DNA of 55,897 nucleotides from Pseudomonadota bacterium (GTDB lineage Bacteria; Bdellovibrionota_F; JAHFAK01; JBDREC01): NCBI GenBank assembly GCA_043820105.1, contig JBDREC010000081.1, positions 1 to 55,897 of the forward strand, read 5' to 3'. Shown piece by piece: positions 1 to 9,882 of this stretch (position 1 is its first letter; each line of letters starts with the position of its first letter). The notes under the pieces were generated by a model. It saw only the letters and a program-made list of their open reading frames with translations, ran no database searches and was not told where the DNA came from. The position numbers and the translations under genes were made by a program.

Positions 1-530
1 AAAATTTCGGGAAAGTTTACAAAATTTATTGCCGGCTTTTGAATAATTATTGCTCTAATGAAAAATTCTCATCGATTAACATCTTTTTTTAACTTTTATG
101 CCTATTTATTATGCAGCCAAAATAAAATCGCCTAATTTAGGAAATATAAATATGCTTGTCGTGGAATATTGGGACGAGAACCAACTCTGCTTTTCAATGT
201 TTCATGCTTGCTAATATTGAATTCTGTTTGAATATAAACCAATATGTCCTTGGGATCGATCCTAGGTCTTTTATTGTTTCTTGTTGCTGGTTTTTAAAGA
301 AGGCTTGTCACTTTTTAGCGATCACAAAAATATTTTACCAAACGGGATAATTAAGAGTTATTCGGATCAATTTGAATTCATAAATAAGCTTCTTGATTTA
401 GATGTTTCAGAAATATTTACTGAAGATAATTTGAAATATATAAATGAATTTTCAAGAAATAATAGGGAGTATGGGAAAGAAATAAGAAAGGCTTTATCTT
501 AAGCTAAAGACATGGTGAAAAGGAGATTTT

Positions 531-1945
531 ATGTCAGTATTAAGAAATGTATTAATGGTTGATGATGAAAGGATTCTCAGAGAATTTGTTAGTGAAGTCT
601 TGGGTAGCGAATATAATGTAATTGAAGCTAAAAACTATGACACTGGACTTGAAAAATACTTAAACAATAAAATCGATCTAGTTATTCTAGACATTGATTA
701 CAGGGAAGAACTAACAGGCATTGATCTTTTAAATCAAATAAAGCAAAACAATTCTTCAATTCCAGTTATAATGCTATCTGATTTAATGGAAACAGAGAAC
801 ATTGTTGAATCAATAAAACATGGCGCCTATGATTATATTTCAAAAAATCACGAAACTATTGATGAAGAATTACCCTTGAGAGTTCAATCAGCCCTACTAA
901 GAAACTTAAAAGAAAGAAATTATGAATATCTAAAAAGTGAAAAAAGGATAACAATCCAATTATCACGAAGTGCCCTCAAGTATTGCTAGCCCTTGATGAA
1001 ATTAAAGAAATCGAAGACATGAACCTTTTGATCATTGGCGAAACGGGTGTTGGTAAAACCCCAATAGCTCAATATGCAAACCGTGTAATGACAAATGGAA
1101 CTGATAGACCTTTTGTAAGAATTAACTGCGCTGGAATTTCAAAGGAAAGAATGCAAGATGAAATGTTTGGTCATAAAAAGGGAGCCTATACAGGTGCTGA
1201 GTGTGATAAAAAGGGCCTTGTGGAAATCGCTGATGGTGGTGATTTGTTTTTAGATGAAATTGGGGATTTGCCACTTGATTGCCAAGCAGATCTGCTGATG
1301 TTTCTAGACAGTGATGAATATCGTAGAGTTGGAGAAACAACATTAAGGTGTGCAAAAAACCGAATCATAGCAGCAACGAACAAGGATCTTGATAATGAGG
1401 TAAATGAAGGGCGATTTAGAAAGGATCTTTATTCTCGCCTATCGCAATATCGTGTTTCAATTCCCCCTTTAAGAGAAAGAAAAGAGGACATTCTTCCTAT
1501 CATGGAATATTATATTAATAAATATGCAGGCTTTAATAAGCCATATTCAGATGAAGTAAAAAAAGCCTACCTTGAAAATGATTTTTGTGAAGGAAATGTT
1601 CGTGAGCTTAAGGATTCTGTAAAATAGCTTTGTATCAAGGCAAAGAAAAATGTGCAGATTGAGAAAGATCATTTGAATCTTTCGGTTCAGCAACTTTTTA
1701 ATAGACCAAATAATTCAGGATCTAACAATGTTTCCTTTGATAAAAATAATATTATATCTGAAGGTCTTTATAACTATCTTGAAAAATTAGAAAAGAAGGT
1801 CTATTTAAGTCTAGTTTCAGGAGAAAGTGATATTGTTGAATTATCAAAACGCTTAGGTGTCCCTAAATCATCATTTTATAAGAAACTAAAAACATTGAAT
1901 ATAACATTGAATAAAAAGTTTGAACCTAATGACATTTTAACATAA
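531..1945 (+). pseudogene. NtrC-family sigma54-dependent response regulator, disrupted by a frameshift and an in-frame stop
   Basis: Receiver domain (MVDDE...LDID) in ORF 531-989. AAA+ domain (GETGVGKT, GAYTGA, LFLDEIG, FRKDLYSRL) in ORF 983-1627. HTH in 1652-1945 is in the same frame as 983, beyond TAG at 1625-1627. Adding one A to the A6 run at 940-945 joins the first two parts. Confidence 0.85.
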
Positions 1946-1973
1946 TTAAATTTAAACTTGGATAGAAAAGTTT

Positions 1974-2240
1974 ATGATTAATGGTATAAACAAAAAAAGG
2001 TTAATTAATACCTTTTTTAATATGGTTAGAATAGACAGCGAGTCTGGTAATGAAGAAAAGTTTATGCTCTTTATCAAAGAGCTTTATGAAAAACTTGGAT
2101 ACTTAAAATATGGAAAAATATTTTCCTGCAATCGGGATTTTGCATTTTTCAAAGGTTTTAATTCCAAAATCAAATGCACACACACAAAAACAATAATGGG
2201 AGGTGATGATATTTGTGATTTTAAGTTGGATAAAAAGTAG
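1974..2240 (+). pseudogene. Chimeric fragment: M20/peptidase T-like N-terminus joined to an ATC-hydrolase-like C-terminus
   Basis: N-terminal INKKRLINTFFNMVRIDSESGNE resembles M20 peptidase starts. C-terminal CNRDFAFFKGFN...TKTIMGGDDICDF resembles the L-2-amino-thiazoline-4-carboxylate hydrolase family. Only 88 aa. Confidence 0.55.
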
Positions 2241-2393
2241 TCTTGTGGCATCTAATCACCTGTAGCTACTTTTTTGCAACTTATGTAAACATATTTAAAA
2301 GCGTGAATATTTTCATGAAAACCAATAAAGTTCACGAAATAGTAGTGAAAAGCGTGAAAATTGGCTTGAAAAATGCTGTTGTTCACGATTATG

Positions 2394-2422
2394 TTGACAT
2401 AATCATGAATGTGTGCTAGATT
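2394..2422 (+). promoter_or_regulatory. sigma70 promoter of the Fic gene (extended -10, probably leaderless transcript)
   Basis: TTGACA 2394-2399, 17-nt spacer, TGc-TAGATT 2414-2422, ATG at 2429, no Shine-Dalgarno sequence. Confidence 0.65.
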
Positions 2423-2428
2423 TATTTT

Positions 2429-3301
2429 ATGAGTAAAACACTAAGTATATATAAAAAAATTAATTCTCTTCGGGAAAGATATTATCACGCCTGTGTTGGA
2501 AAAGAATCTTTGATAAATATTATTTCTGAAGCAGAAGTTTCAGAACAGGTTTACAATTCTAATGCAATTGAAAACTCAACTCTTTCTTTTGAAGAAACAG
2601 AAAAGATTCTTTTACAGATTGATCTTGATAGGTTCATAACAGAGCGTGAAATATTTGAAGCAAAAAACCTTGCTAGAGTTGTTGTTTATATAGATAAAAA
2701 ATCCAAAAAACAAGAGTTGAATATTGATGTAATTTTAATGCTTCATAAAATGCTTTTTTCAAATATTCAAGATGATGTTGCTGGTAGATTCAGAAAAGAA
2801 GGTGAATATGTACGTGTTGCGAATCATATTGCTTGCGCTTCTTCCGAGATCACTGATCGTCTTACAAAAATGCTTACAGAATACAATGCAAAGAAGCATA
2901 TAAATATAATTGAAAGAATTGCAAAGCTTCATCTTGTTTTTGAATATATTCATCCTTTTGTAGATGGTAATGGCCGTATTGGAAGGGTTATTAACAATTA
3001 TTTGTTAATAAGAGAAGGCTATATTCCAATTAATATAAAATTTATTGATAGAAAAAAATATTATGAAGCTTTTAATGAATTTGATAGAAATGCCAAGACT
3101 TCTATTATGGAAGAAATTGTAGGAAAAGCATTAACAAACAGCTATCATAAACGATTAGCATATTTAGAAAATAAAAAAATAATTACACTATCTGAGTATT
3201 CAAAAAAACATAAAATTTCTCACTCTAATCTTTTAAATAAGGCAAATCGCCAGACCATTGAAGCATTTTTAGAAAAAAATGTGTGGAAAATAGGGGATTG
3301 A
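2429..3301 (+). CDS. Fic family protein (putative AMPylase)
   Basis: Canonical HPFVDGNGRIGR motif and N-terminal SNAIEN inhibitory-helix-like motif. Confidence 0.93.
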   Translation: MSKTLSIYKKINSLRERYYHACVGKESLINIISEAEVSEQVYNSNAIENSTLSFEETEKILLQIDLDRFITEREIFEAKNLARVVVYIDKKSKKQELNIDVILMLHKMLFSNIQDDVAGRFRKEGEYVRVANHIACASSEITDRLTKMLTEYNAKKHINIIERIAKLHLVFEYIHPFVDGNGRIGRVINNYLLIREGYIPINIKFIDRKKYYEAFNEFDRNAKTSIMEEIVGKALTNSYHKRLAYLENKKIITLSEYSKKHKISHSNLLNKANRQTIEAFLEKNVWKIGD

Positions 3302-3465
3302 TTTAAGAAAGTACAAGACGGATATTTGAAGTTGGTACTATACTCGAAGGGGTATAATCAAGTGCATCAGGAACAGATCATTTATAAGCTTGGAAAATGG
3401 CTTTATATTAAGATAGATTTTCATTTATTGAACTAGAAAATAGATATAATAAATAGAGGAAAAAC

Positions 3466-3494
3466 AAAAAGCCAGTCTAAAAAGACTGGCTTTT
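3466..3494. terminator. Bidirectional rho-independent terminator between the Fic gene and tRNA-Asp
   Basis: AAAAAGCCAGTCT-aaaa-AGACTGGCTTTT perfect hairpin flanked by A and T tracts. Confidence 0.8.
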
Positions 3495-3505
3495 ATAGTT
3501 TTTTA

Positions 3506-3580
3506 CGGGAGCGACGAGACTCGAACTCGCGACCTTCGGCGTGACAGGCCGACGTTCTAACCAAACTGAACTACGCCCCC
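3506..3580 (-). tRNA. tRNA-Asp(GTC), CCA not encoded
   Basis: Reverse complement GGGGGCGTAGTTCAGTTTGGTTAGAACGTCGGCCTGTCACGCCGAAGGTCGCGAGTTCGAGTCTCGTCGCTCCCG folds as a cloverleaf with anticodon GTC and a TTCGA T-loop. Confidence 0.97.
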
Positions 3581-3733
3581 GTTTGGTTGAGCAAGTATTT
3601 ATTGATTTTTTTATTACAAGTCAAATAAAATTTTAAAAAAAACTTTGATATTTTTTTATTTCTTTCCTATCTATTAAAGTGTATATACCAAATATATGGG
3701 AATGCTTATTAATTTTGGGTAGGTGACTTACTT

Positions 3734-5002
3734 ATGGGTCTAGAATTTAATGAAGCTCTTGATAGGATTCTTAGTAATTCTGAAGTTATAGGTACAAATG
3801 AAGTTTCTTTATTTGATCTTTATGAAAAGGCTATTTCAGAGGATTTTTATTCTGATATCGATTATCCTAAACATGATATAGCTACAGTTGATGGTTATGC
3901 TTGCAGGTTTAAGGATGTAAAATGTGTTCTAACCAGGCAGGTTTCAAAACTTAAGCTAGCTACTGTTAAGCATATTGATAACATAGAAGAATATAATCTG
4001 AATAACAAAGAATGTGTTAAGGTTAGGGCAGGGTCTAAGCTTCCTGCTTCTGCAAATGTGGTTATTCCTTTGTCTAGCACAAAGAAAAATGCACTAAATC
4101 AAATTCTTGTGTATAAAGAACATCTTAAAAATGACAATATTAAAAAAAGGGGAGATACTTTAAAAAAGGGTGAATGTGTAATTGAAGCTGGGGAAAATAT
4201 CAATGCTTCTCACATTGGCATTTTTGCACTAACAGGCAAAGCTAAAATTCCGATTTTTAAAAAACCTAAGGTTTCAGTCATTGTAATTGGGGAAGGCTTT
4301 GTTAATAGCGAAATGCATTTTTCCTTTAAGAAAAATAATAATGAATTTTACGATGCAAATGGACCCATGATTTGTTCGCTTTGCAAGCGGCTAGACGCTG
4401 ATGTGGAGTATTTAGGGACTATTAAGCCTGACAAAACAAAAATTAGAGCAAAAATACAAAAAGCACTAAAGGGTGACATTGTTATTACAACTGGATGCCT
4501 AGATAAAGGGATTAATCATTTTACCAAGGAAATCATAAAGGAATTTGTAGGTAAACTTCATGTTGATACAGTAAATATGGTGCCTGGCGGTCAGCTTGTT
4601 TTTGGGAAAACCAATGATAAAATTATTTTTGGTTTACCTGGAAACCCAGCAGCTTCAATGGTGGCGTTTTATGAACTTGTTAGGCCTTCTATTTTAAACT
4701 TAATGGGCAGAAGAGATCTTTTTTTATCAACTGAAACAGCGATATTAGAGAATACTGTAGAAATAGCACCTGGGCGAACTTATTTTTTAAGTGGTGTATT
4801 AAAGCTTGAAGATGATACTTATTATGTTTCAATAAAAAATACCTATGATTTGGATAATATTATTTCATATGTAACAGCTAATTGCCTGGTGCCAATTTCT
4901 CCGAAGGATACCTATATTAAAAAAGGTGAAAAAGTTACAGTACAGAGACTGAAGCCTCAGGCTTGGCATTATTATGATTCAATTACAAGTGGTAAGCGAT
5001 AA
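3734..5002 (+). CDS. moeA: MoeA/gephyrin-like molybdopterin molybdotransferase homolog with several degenerate motifs
   Basis: DGYA and FGLPGNP motifs and typical length (422 aa). Confidence 0.85.
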   Translation: MGLEFNEALDRILSNSEVIGTNEVSLFDLYEKAISEDFYSDIDYPKHDIATVDGYACRFKDVKCVLTRQVSKLKLATVKHIDNIEEYNLNNKECVKVRAGSKLPASANVVIPLSSTKKNALNQILVYKEHLKNDNIKKRGDTLKKGECVIEAGENINASHIGIFALTGKAKIPIFKKPKVSVIVIGEGFVNSEMHFSFKKNNNEFYDANGPMICSLCKRLDADVEYLGTIKPDKTKIRAKIQKALKGDIVITTGCLDKGINHFTKEIIKEFVGKLHVDTVNMVPGGQLVFGKTNDKIIFGLPGNPAASMVAFYELVRPSILNLMGRRDLFLSTETAILENTVEIAPGRTYFLSGVLKLEDDTYYVSIKNTYDLDNIISYVTANCLVPISPKDTYIKKGEKVTVQRLKPQAWHYYDSITSGKR

Positions 5003-5017
5003 GTGGTAAGTGGTAAG
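4987..5017. repeat. (AAGTGGT)n heptamer tract overlapping the moeA stop codon
   Basis: aagtggtaagcgataagtggtaagtggtaag. Confidence 0.85.
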
Positions 5018-5054
5018 AGATATATTTTTTAAATATAAAAATATAAGGGAAAAA

Positions 5055-6626
5055 ATGCAAATAAAGAAAATTTCATTCCCGGTTTTAATTTTATTAATGC
5101 TTTTTGCTGTTTCCTGTACAAAAAAAGATGAGATGAAAGAGGTGTTTTATTATGCTATGAATGGGGATATTCCTAACCTTGATCCAATATTTGCAACTGA
5201 TATGAATTCCTTAAATGTTGTTTATGACATTTTTGAAGGGCTTACTGCATACAATCCTAAAAATCTTGCTGTAATAGAAGCAGTTGCTTCTAGCTGGGAA
5301 ATTTCAAATGATAAGCGTAAATATACTTTTCACATAAGAAAAGAGGCTAAATGGTCAAATGGAGACGAGCTTACAGCTGAAGATTTTAAAAAATCATGGT
5401 TAAGGGCTATTGATCCAAAGCTAAAAGTTCCTTATGCTTATTATTTACATTATATCAAGAATGCTCGTGAATATAACCAGGGATTAATTACAAATCCTAA
5501 TTTAGTTGGTATTAAAACTGAAGGAAAATTAAAATTAATTGTTGAACTCGCTAAGCCAACTACTTTTTTTTTAGAGCTTACAGCTTTTCCAGTCTTTTTC
5601 CCAGTTCCAATGGATTTAATCAAAAAGCATAAAAACAAATGGACCCTTGCTCATAATATTATTTCTAATGGAGCCTTTAAATTAAGTAAAACCCTTCCTG
5701 TTCCAGGTTTTTTTGCTGAAAAGAATAAGCATTATTATAATGCTAAAGAAGTTTATTTAAAGGGAGTAAAATATTTCGCCCTTCAAAATGGCAAAAAAGC
5801 ATATAAAGATTTCATGGATAATAAGTATCATAAATTAACAATAGTACCACAGATTTTTCATGAAGAAGCTTCTAAGCTTAAGGAGTTTAGGGCAGCCCCA
5901 ATTTCAAGCACGATGTTTTTGCTTTTTAATACAAAGTCAAAGGCTTTGTCTCAAGTTTCAGTTAGGCGCGCTTTGATGCTTGCTATTGATAAAGAATTAA
6001 TTGTTAAGAACGTTTTGAAAAGTAATCAAATGGTGGCTCATTCCTTTGTTCCTCCAATTTTTAAGGATTATACTTCTCCTGCTAATGAAACTTATTCGCC
6101 CAAACGCGCGAAATATCTGTTTAAAAGAGCAGGGTTTTCTCAGGGCAAGAATTTTCCTAAAATAATTATAAACTACACAACTTTGGAAATGAAAAAAGAT
6201 GTTTTAAATATTATAGTAAAAGGCTGGAAAGAGATTTTGGGAATTGATGTGACAATTCAGAATATGACCAGAAAGGAATTTTTTCAAAAGCTTGGTAGCC
6301 TTGATTATGATGTTGCTATGTCTGAATGGTTTGGCGATTATCTTGACCCTTTAGCTTTTCTTGAATTGTTTATCTCAAACAGTGGAAACAATAATACTGG
6401 TTGGGCAAGTTCTATTTTTGATAGTCTTATCTTAACAGCTAATAATCAAATGAGTGATAAGCTAAGAATAAATTTATTGCAACAAGCAGAAGAGCTTTTG
6501 CTAAAAGATGCTCCGATAATTCCACTTTTCCATGGTACAAAAGATTATCTTCTTAAGTCTAATATTAAAGGTGTTTACGATAATCCTATTTTTTATCAGC
6601 CATGCAAATATATAACAATTGAATAA
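5055..6626 (+). CDS. OppA-type peptide ABC transporter substrate-binding lipoprotein (SBP family 5)
   Basis: Lipobox AVSC; LDP, FEGL, YTFHIR..AKWSNG, WFGDYLDP motifs. Start placed at ATG 5055. Confidence 0.9.
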   Translation: MQIKKISFPVLILLMLFAVSCTKKDEMKEVFYYAMNGDIPNLDPIFATDMNSLNVVYDIFEGLTAYNPKNLAVIEAVASSWEISNDKRKYTFHIRKEAKWSNGDELTAEDFKKSWLRAIDPKLKVPYAYYLHYIKNAREYNQGLITNPNLVGIKTEGKLKLIVELAKPTTFFLELTAFPVFFPVPMDLIKKHKNKWTLAHNIISNGAFKLSKTLPVPGFFAEKNKHYYNAKEVYLKGVKYFALQNGKKAYKDFMDNKYHKLTIVPQIFHEEASKLKEFRAAPISSTMFLLFNTKSKALSQVSVRRALMLAIDKELIVKNVLKSNQMVAHSFVPPIFKDYTSPANETYSPKRAKYLFKRAGFSQGKNFPKIIINYTTLEMKKDVLNIIVKGWKEILGIDVTIQNMTRKEFFQKLGSLDYDVAMSEWFGDYLDPLAFLELFISNSGNNNTGWASSIFDSLILTANNQMSDKLRINLLQQAEELLLKDAPIIPLFHGTKDYLLKSNIKGVYDNPIFYQPCKYITIE

Positions 6627-6637
6627 ATGGAAAAGGC

Positions 6638-8239
6638 ATGAAATTAAAAAACATTAAACTACACTTCTTAATCCTAATCCAAATCTTAATCACAACTCTT
6701 ATTTTATCTGCATGTACCAAAAAAGAAGAAGAAATTAAAAGTAGCTCTGAAAATATATTTCAATATGGTATGGTTGGTGATGTGCCTGATCTTGATCCAG
6801 CACTTGCGACTGATTTAAATTCTCTTTATGTAATAAATGATATTTTTGAAGGTTTAGTTTCCCTAGATCCCAAGACCTTAGATCCTAAGCCAGCTATTGC
6901 TGAGCATTGGGAAGTGTCAAAGGATAAGAGAGTGTATACTTTTCATTTAAGAAAAAACGCAAGGTTTAGTGATGGAAAATATATTACAGCTCAAGATTTT
7001 AAAGATTCATTATTAAGAGTGCTTGATAGCAAAACAGCCTCTCCATATGCCTATTTCCTTTTTTGTATCAAAAATGCAAAAGAGTATTATAATAATCTAA
7101 TTGCTAATGTTAAACTTTTGGGTATTGATGTCAAAGACACAAATACCTTGGTAATTAGCCTTACAAAACCTATTCCATATTTTTTGCAGCTTCTTTCTTT
7201 TCCTGTTTTTTTTCCAGTTCCAATAGAAGTCATTAATAGGCATCGTGACAGATGGACGAATAAAGAAAATATTGTGACTAGTGGTCCCTTTGTTATTACT
7301 GATAGAGTGTTGAATAGCTATATTTTTACAAAGACAAATAATTTTTATTGGGACAAAGAAAACATAAAAATAAAAGGAGTGAAATACCACACAATTGAAG
7401 ATCTAAATACTGCTTATAAAATGTTTTTAACAGGCAAACTTCACAAATGTACTATGATCCCACAAATGCATGTTGCAGAAGCTGGTAAATTAGCAGAATT
7501 CCGCTCCGCTCCTGTTTTTTCAACAACATTTTTTCGATTTAATACAAATAAAAAACCTTTAAATAATGAAAAAGTTAGAAGAGCATTGTTATTATCAATT
7601 GATAGAGAAAAGCTTGTTAAGTATGTTTTAAGGTCAGCTCAGGTTCCTGCAAAGGCAGTAGTTCCGCCTGTTTTTAGGTCATATAAATCTCAATCAAAAA
7701 GTTTATTTAGGCCAAAGGAAGCTAAAGTTTTGCTTGAAAAGGCAGGTTATAAAAATGGACTAAACTTCCCAAAGATTACTATTTCCTATGCTTCCCAGGA
7801 AGATAAGAAAAAAATTCTTTTAGCCATTAGAGAAATGTGGAAAAATAATTTGAATATTGAAGTTGATATTTTGAACATTGAAAGAAAGACCTTTTTTCAA
7901 AACGAACGCTCTTTGAATTATGATATTTCTTTTAACAATTGGTATGGCGATTATTTTGACCCTCTTTCTTTTTTAGAAGTATGGAAGTCAGATAGTGGCA
8001 ACTCAAGGACAGGCTGGAAAGATAAAAGATACGATGAATTTTTACTTTCGGCCTCAGAACAATTTAATTTTGAGGTGAGAAACCATATGTTAATGGAAGC
8101 TGAAAATTATCTCCTGCGGAGCGCGCCAATTGTGCCGCTTTATCATGATACAAAGGATTACTTGCTAGCAACAAATATTAAGGGTATTTATGATAATCCA
8201 TTGTATTATCAGCCAGTAAAGTATATTGAGATACAATAG
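6638..8239 (+). CDS. Second OppA-type peptide-binding lipoprotein (tandem paralog)
   Basis: Lipobox LSAC; LDP, FEGLV, YTFHLR..ARFSDG, WYGDYFDP motifs. Confidence 0.9.
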   Translation: MKLKNIKLHFLILIQILITTLILSACTKKEEEIKSSSENIFQYGMVGDVPDLDPALATDLNSLYVINDIFEGLVSLDPKTLDPKPAIAEHWEVSKDKRVYTFHLRKNARFSDGKYITAQDFKDSLLRVLDSKTASPYAYFLFCIKNAKEYYNNLIANVKLLGIDVKDTNTLVISLTKPIPYFLQLLSFPVFFPVPIEVINRHRDRWTNKENIVTSGPFVITDRVLNSYIFTKTNNFYWDKENIKIKGVKYHTIEDLNTAYKMFLTGKLHKCTMIPQMHVAEAGKLAEFRSAPVFSTTFFRFNTNKKPLNNEKVRRALLLSIDREKLVKYVLRSAQVPAKAVVPPVFRSYKSQSKSLFRPKEAKVLLEKAGYKNGLNFPKITISYASQEDKKKILLAIREMWKNNLNIEVDILNIERKTFFQNERSLNYDISFNNWYGDYFDPLSFLEVWKSDSGNSRTGWKDKRYDEFLLSASEQFNFEVRNHMLMEAENYLLRSAPIVPLYHDTKDYLLATNIKGIYDNPLYYQPVKYIEIQ

Positions 8240-8245
8240 TTATCG

Positions 8246-8343
8246 TTGAGAATTGAAAATTGATTGTTGATTATTGAAAAATTTTGATTAATTTGAATGG
8301 TTTGAAAATAATCAATAATAAACAATCAATTTTCAATTCTCAA
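8246..8343. repeat. Heptamer-built long hairpin (32-bp stem, 1 mismatch), TTGAnnn family
   Basis: 8246-8277 ttgagaattgaaaattgattgttgattattga is complementary to 8312-8343 tcaataataaacaatcaattttcaattctcaa. Confidence 0.9.
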
Positions 8344-8368
8344 TTTATGAGAAGAAAAAGGAAAAAAT

Positions 8369-8995
8369 ATGTTTAAGGTATATTTGATTCGTCACGGCGA
8401 ATGCAAAGGCAATAAAGAAGGCTTGTTTCGAGGACGCTCTGATTTTCCATTAAATGAAAATGGTATTAGACAATCTTTAGATCTTGCTAAAGCGCTGAGT
8501 GAAAAAGATATTATGCATGTTTATTCATCTCCATTAAAAAGAGCTCATCAAACAGCAGAATCAATTTCTTTAGAATTGCATCTTCCATTAACTTCAATAA
8601 AAGATTTTAATAATATTCATTTGGGCGAGTGGGAAGGAATGCATAAAGATGTGATTATGAAAGAATATCCAAAGGAGTGGGAGATTTGGAAAGCTAACCC
8701 TGAAAAACTGCAGATGAAAAATTGTGAGACACTGGAATCTGTTGCTAAGCGGTCAAGTATGACAATAGAAAATCTTCGCTTAAAGCATGAAAATGATACA
8801 ATCGCAATTGTAACTCACAGGGCAGTTATAAAACCTCTTATTGCTAGCTTACTTGAAATAAAAGAACCATATTTTTGGAAGCTGCATATGGATAATTGTT
8901 CTTATTCCATCCTTGAATATCATAGCAGTAATTACATGCTTTCTAAGCTAAATGTAACTGATCATTTAAATGAATATGTGAATGAAATGTATTGA
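8369..8995 (+). CDS. Histidine phosphatase (phosphoglycerate mutase/CobC-like) family protein
   Basis: LIRHGE, SSPLKRA and VTH motifs. Confidence 0.9.
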   Translation: MFKVYLIRHGECKGNKEGLFRGRSDFPLNENGIRQSLDLAKALSEKDIMHVYSSPLKRAHQTAESISLELHLPLTSIKDFNNIHLGEWEGMHKDVIMKEYPKEWEIWKANPEKLQMKNCETLESVAKRSSMTIENLRLKHENDTIAIVTHRAVIKPLIASLLEIKEPYFWKLHMDNCSYSILEYHSSNYMLSKLNVTDHLNEYVNEMY

Positions 8996-9802
8996 TTAAA
9001 TAAATAAAAGCAAGCTTACTGCCATAACACCCATTCCCGCAATAAGTCCATAAATAGCCAAATGATGCTCGCCATATTCCCTGGCAGCTGGTAATAGTTC
9101 ATCAAGTGAAATAAAAACCATAATTCCAGCTACAAAAGCAAAACTAAAGCCAAAGATTGCAGCACTAAAAAATGTTCTTAAAATAAAATAGCCAAAAAGT
9201 GCTCCAACAGGTTCAGCTAAGCCAGATAAGAAGGAATATAAAAAGGCTTTTTTCCTGTCATTTGTTGCATAATATATTGGGACAGACACTGAAATTCCTT
9301 CAGGGATATTGTGAATAGCTATTGCAAATGCAATTGATAGACCTAAAAAGGGATCTTTAATTGCAGAAACAAAGGTAGCAAGACCTTCTGGGAAATTGTG
9401 AATAGAGATTGCTAAAGCAACAAAAAGTCCCATTCTTAAAAGTTTTGCCTTGGGAAGATTTTTATCATTGGATTTCATATCTTCAACTGAACGGATTTCA
9501 TGTGGATTTTCATATGATGGAATCATCCTATCAATTAATGCAATAAAGGCAATGCCAGTAAAAAAGGCAATTACTGTTAACCAATTTCCACGAAGTTTTC
9601 CAAAAGCTTCAACGTTGCTTTGGTTTGCTTTTGCAAATATTTCAACCATAGAAACATAAATCATAACACCTGCAGAAAATCCAAGGCTAACTGATAGAAA
9701 TTTCTTATTTGTTGTTTTAGCAAAAAAGGCAATTAGGCTACCTATGCCAGTAGCTAGGCCAGCGAATAGTGTTAATAAAAAAGCTGTCCAAAAGTTTTCC
9801 AT
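8996..9802 (-). CDS. zupT: ZIP family zinc transporter ZupT
   Basis: HNFPEG and HNIPEG motifs; [15 protein letters not shown]-terminus. Start placed at MENFW. Confidence 0.92.
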   Translation of the reverse strand: MENFWTAFLLTLFAGLATGIGSLIAFFAKTTNKKFLSVSLGFSAGVMIYVSMVEIFAKANQSNVEAFGKLRGNWLTVIAFFTGIAFIALIDRMIPSYENPHEIRSVEDMKSNDKNLPKAKLLRMGLFVALAISIHNFPEGLATFVSAIKDPFLGLSIAFAIAIHNIPEGISVSVPIYYATNDRKKAFLYSFLSGLAEPVGALFGYFILRTFFSAAIFGFSFAFVAGIMVFISLDELLPAAREYGEHHLAIYGLIAGMGVMAVSLLLFI

Positions 9803-9882
9803 AAATAAGTACAAAATTAAGTTAATATTGATTTTAGATTAATTTAGTATTATTGGGAAAGCAATTAATTATAGGAGATAAA

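Noticed and set aside
156-502. ORFs 156-350 and 281-502
   Set aside because: No recognisable motifs or RBS; at best a gene remnant that cannot be assigned.
939-947. Programmed -1 frameshift at AAAAAAG
   Set aside because: The A_AAA_AAG heptamer is not in the zero frame (codons read GAA AAA AGG), and the gene has a second lesion, so decay or a sequencing error is more likely.
1625-1627. TAG read-through (pyrrolysine or recoding), also considered at 16657
   Set aside because: Both genes carry other disruptions, and TAG is a normal stop for conserved genes here (rpoH, ispG, tusA).
3503-3506. tRNA lacking CCA as a pseudo-tRNA
   Set aside because: Many bacteria add CCA post-transcriptionally, and the cloverleaf is intact.
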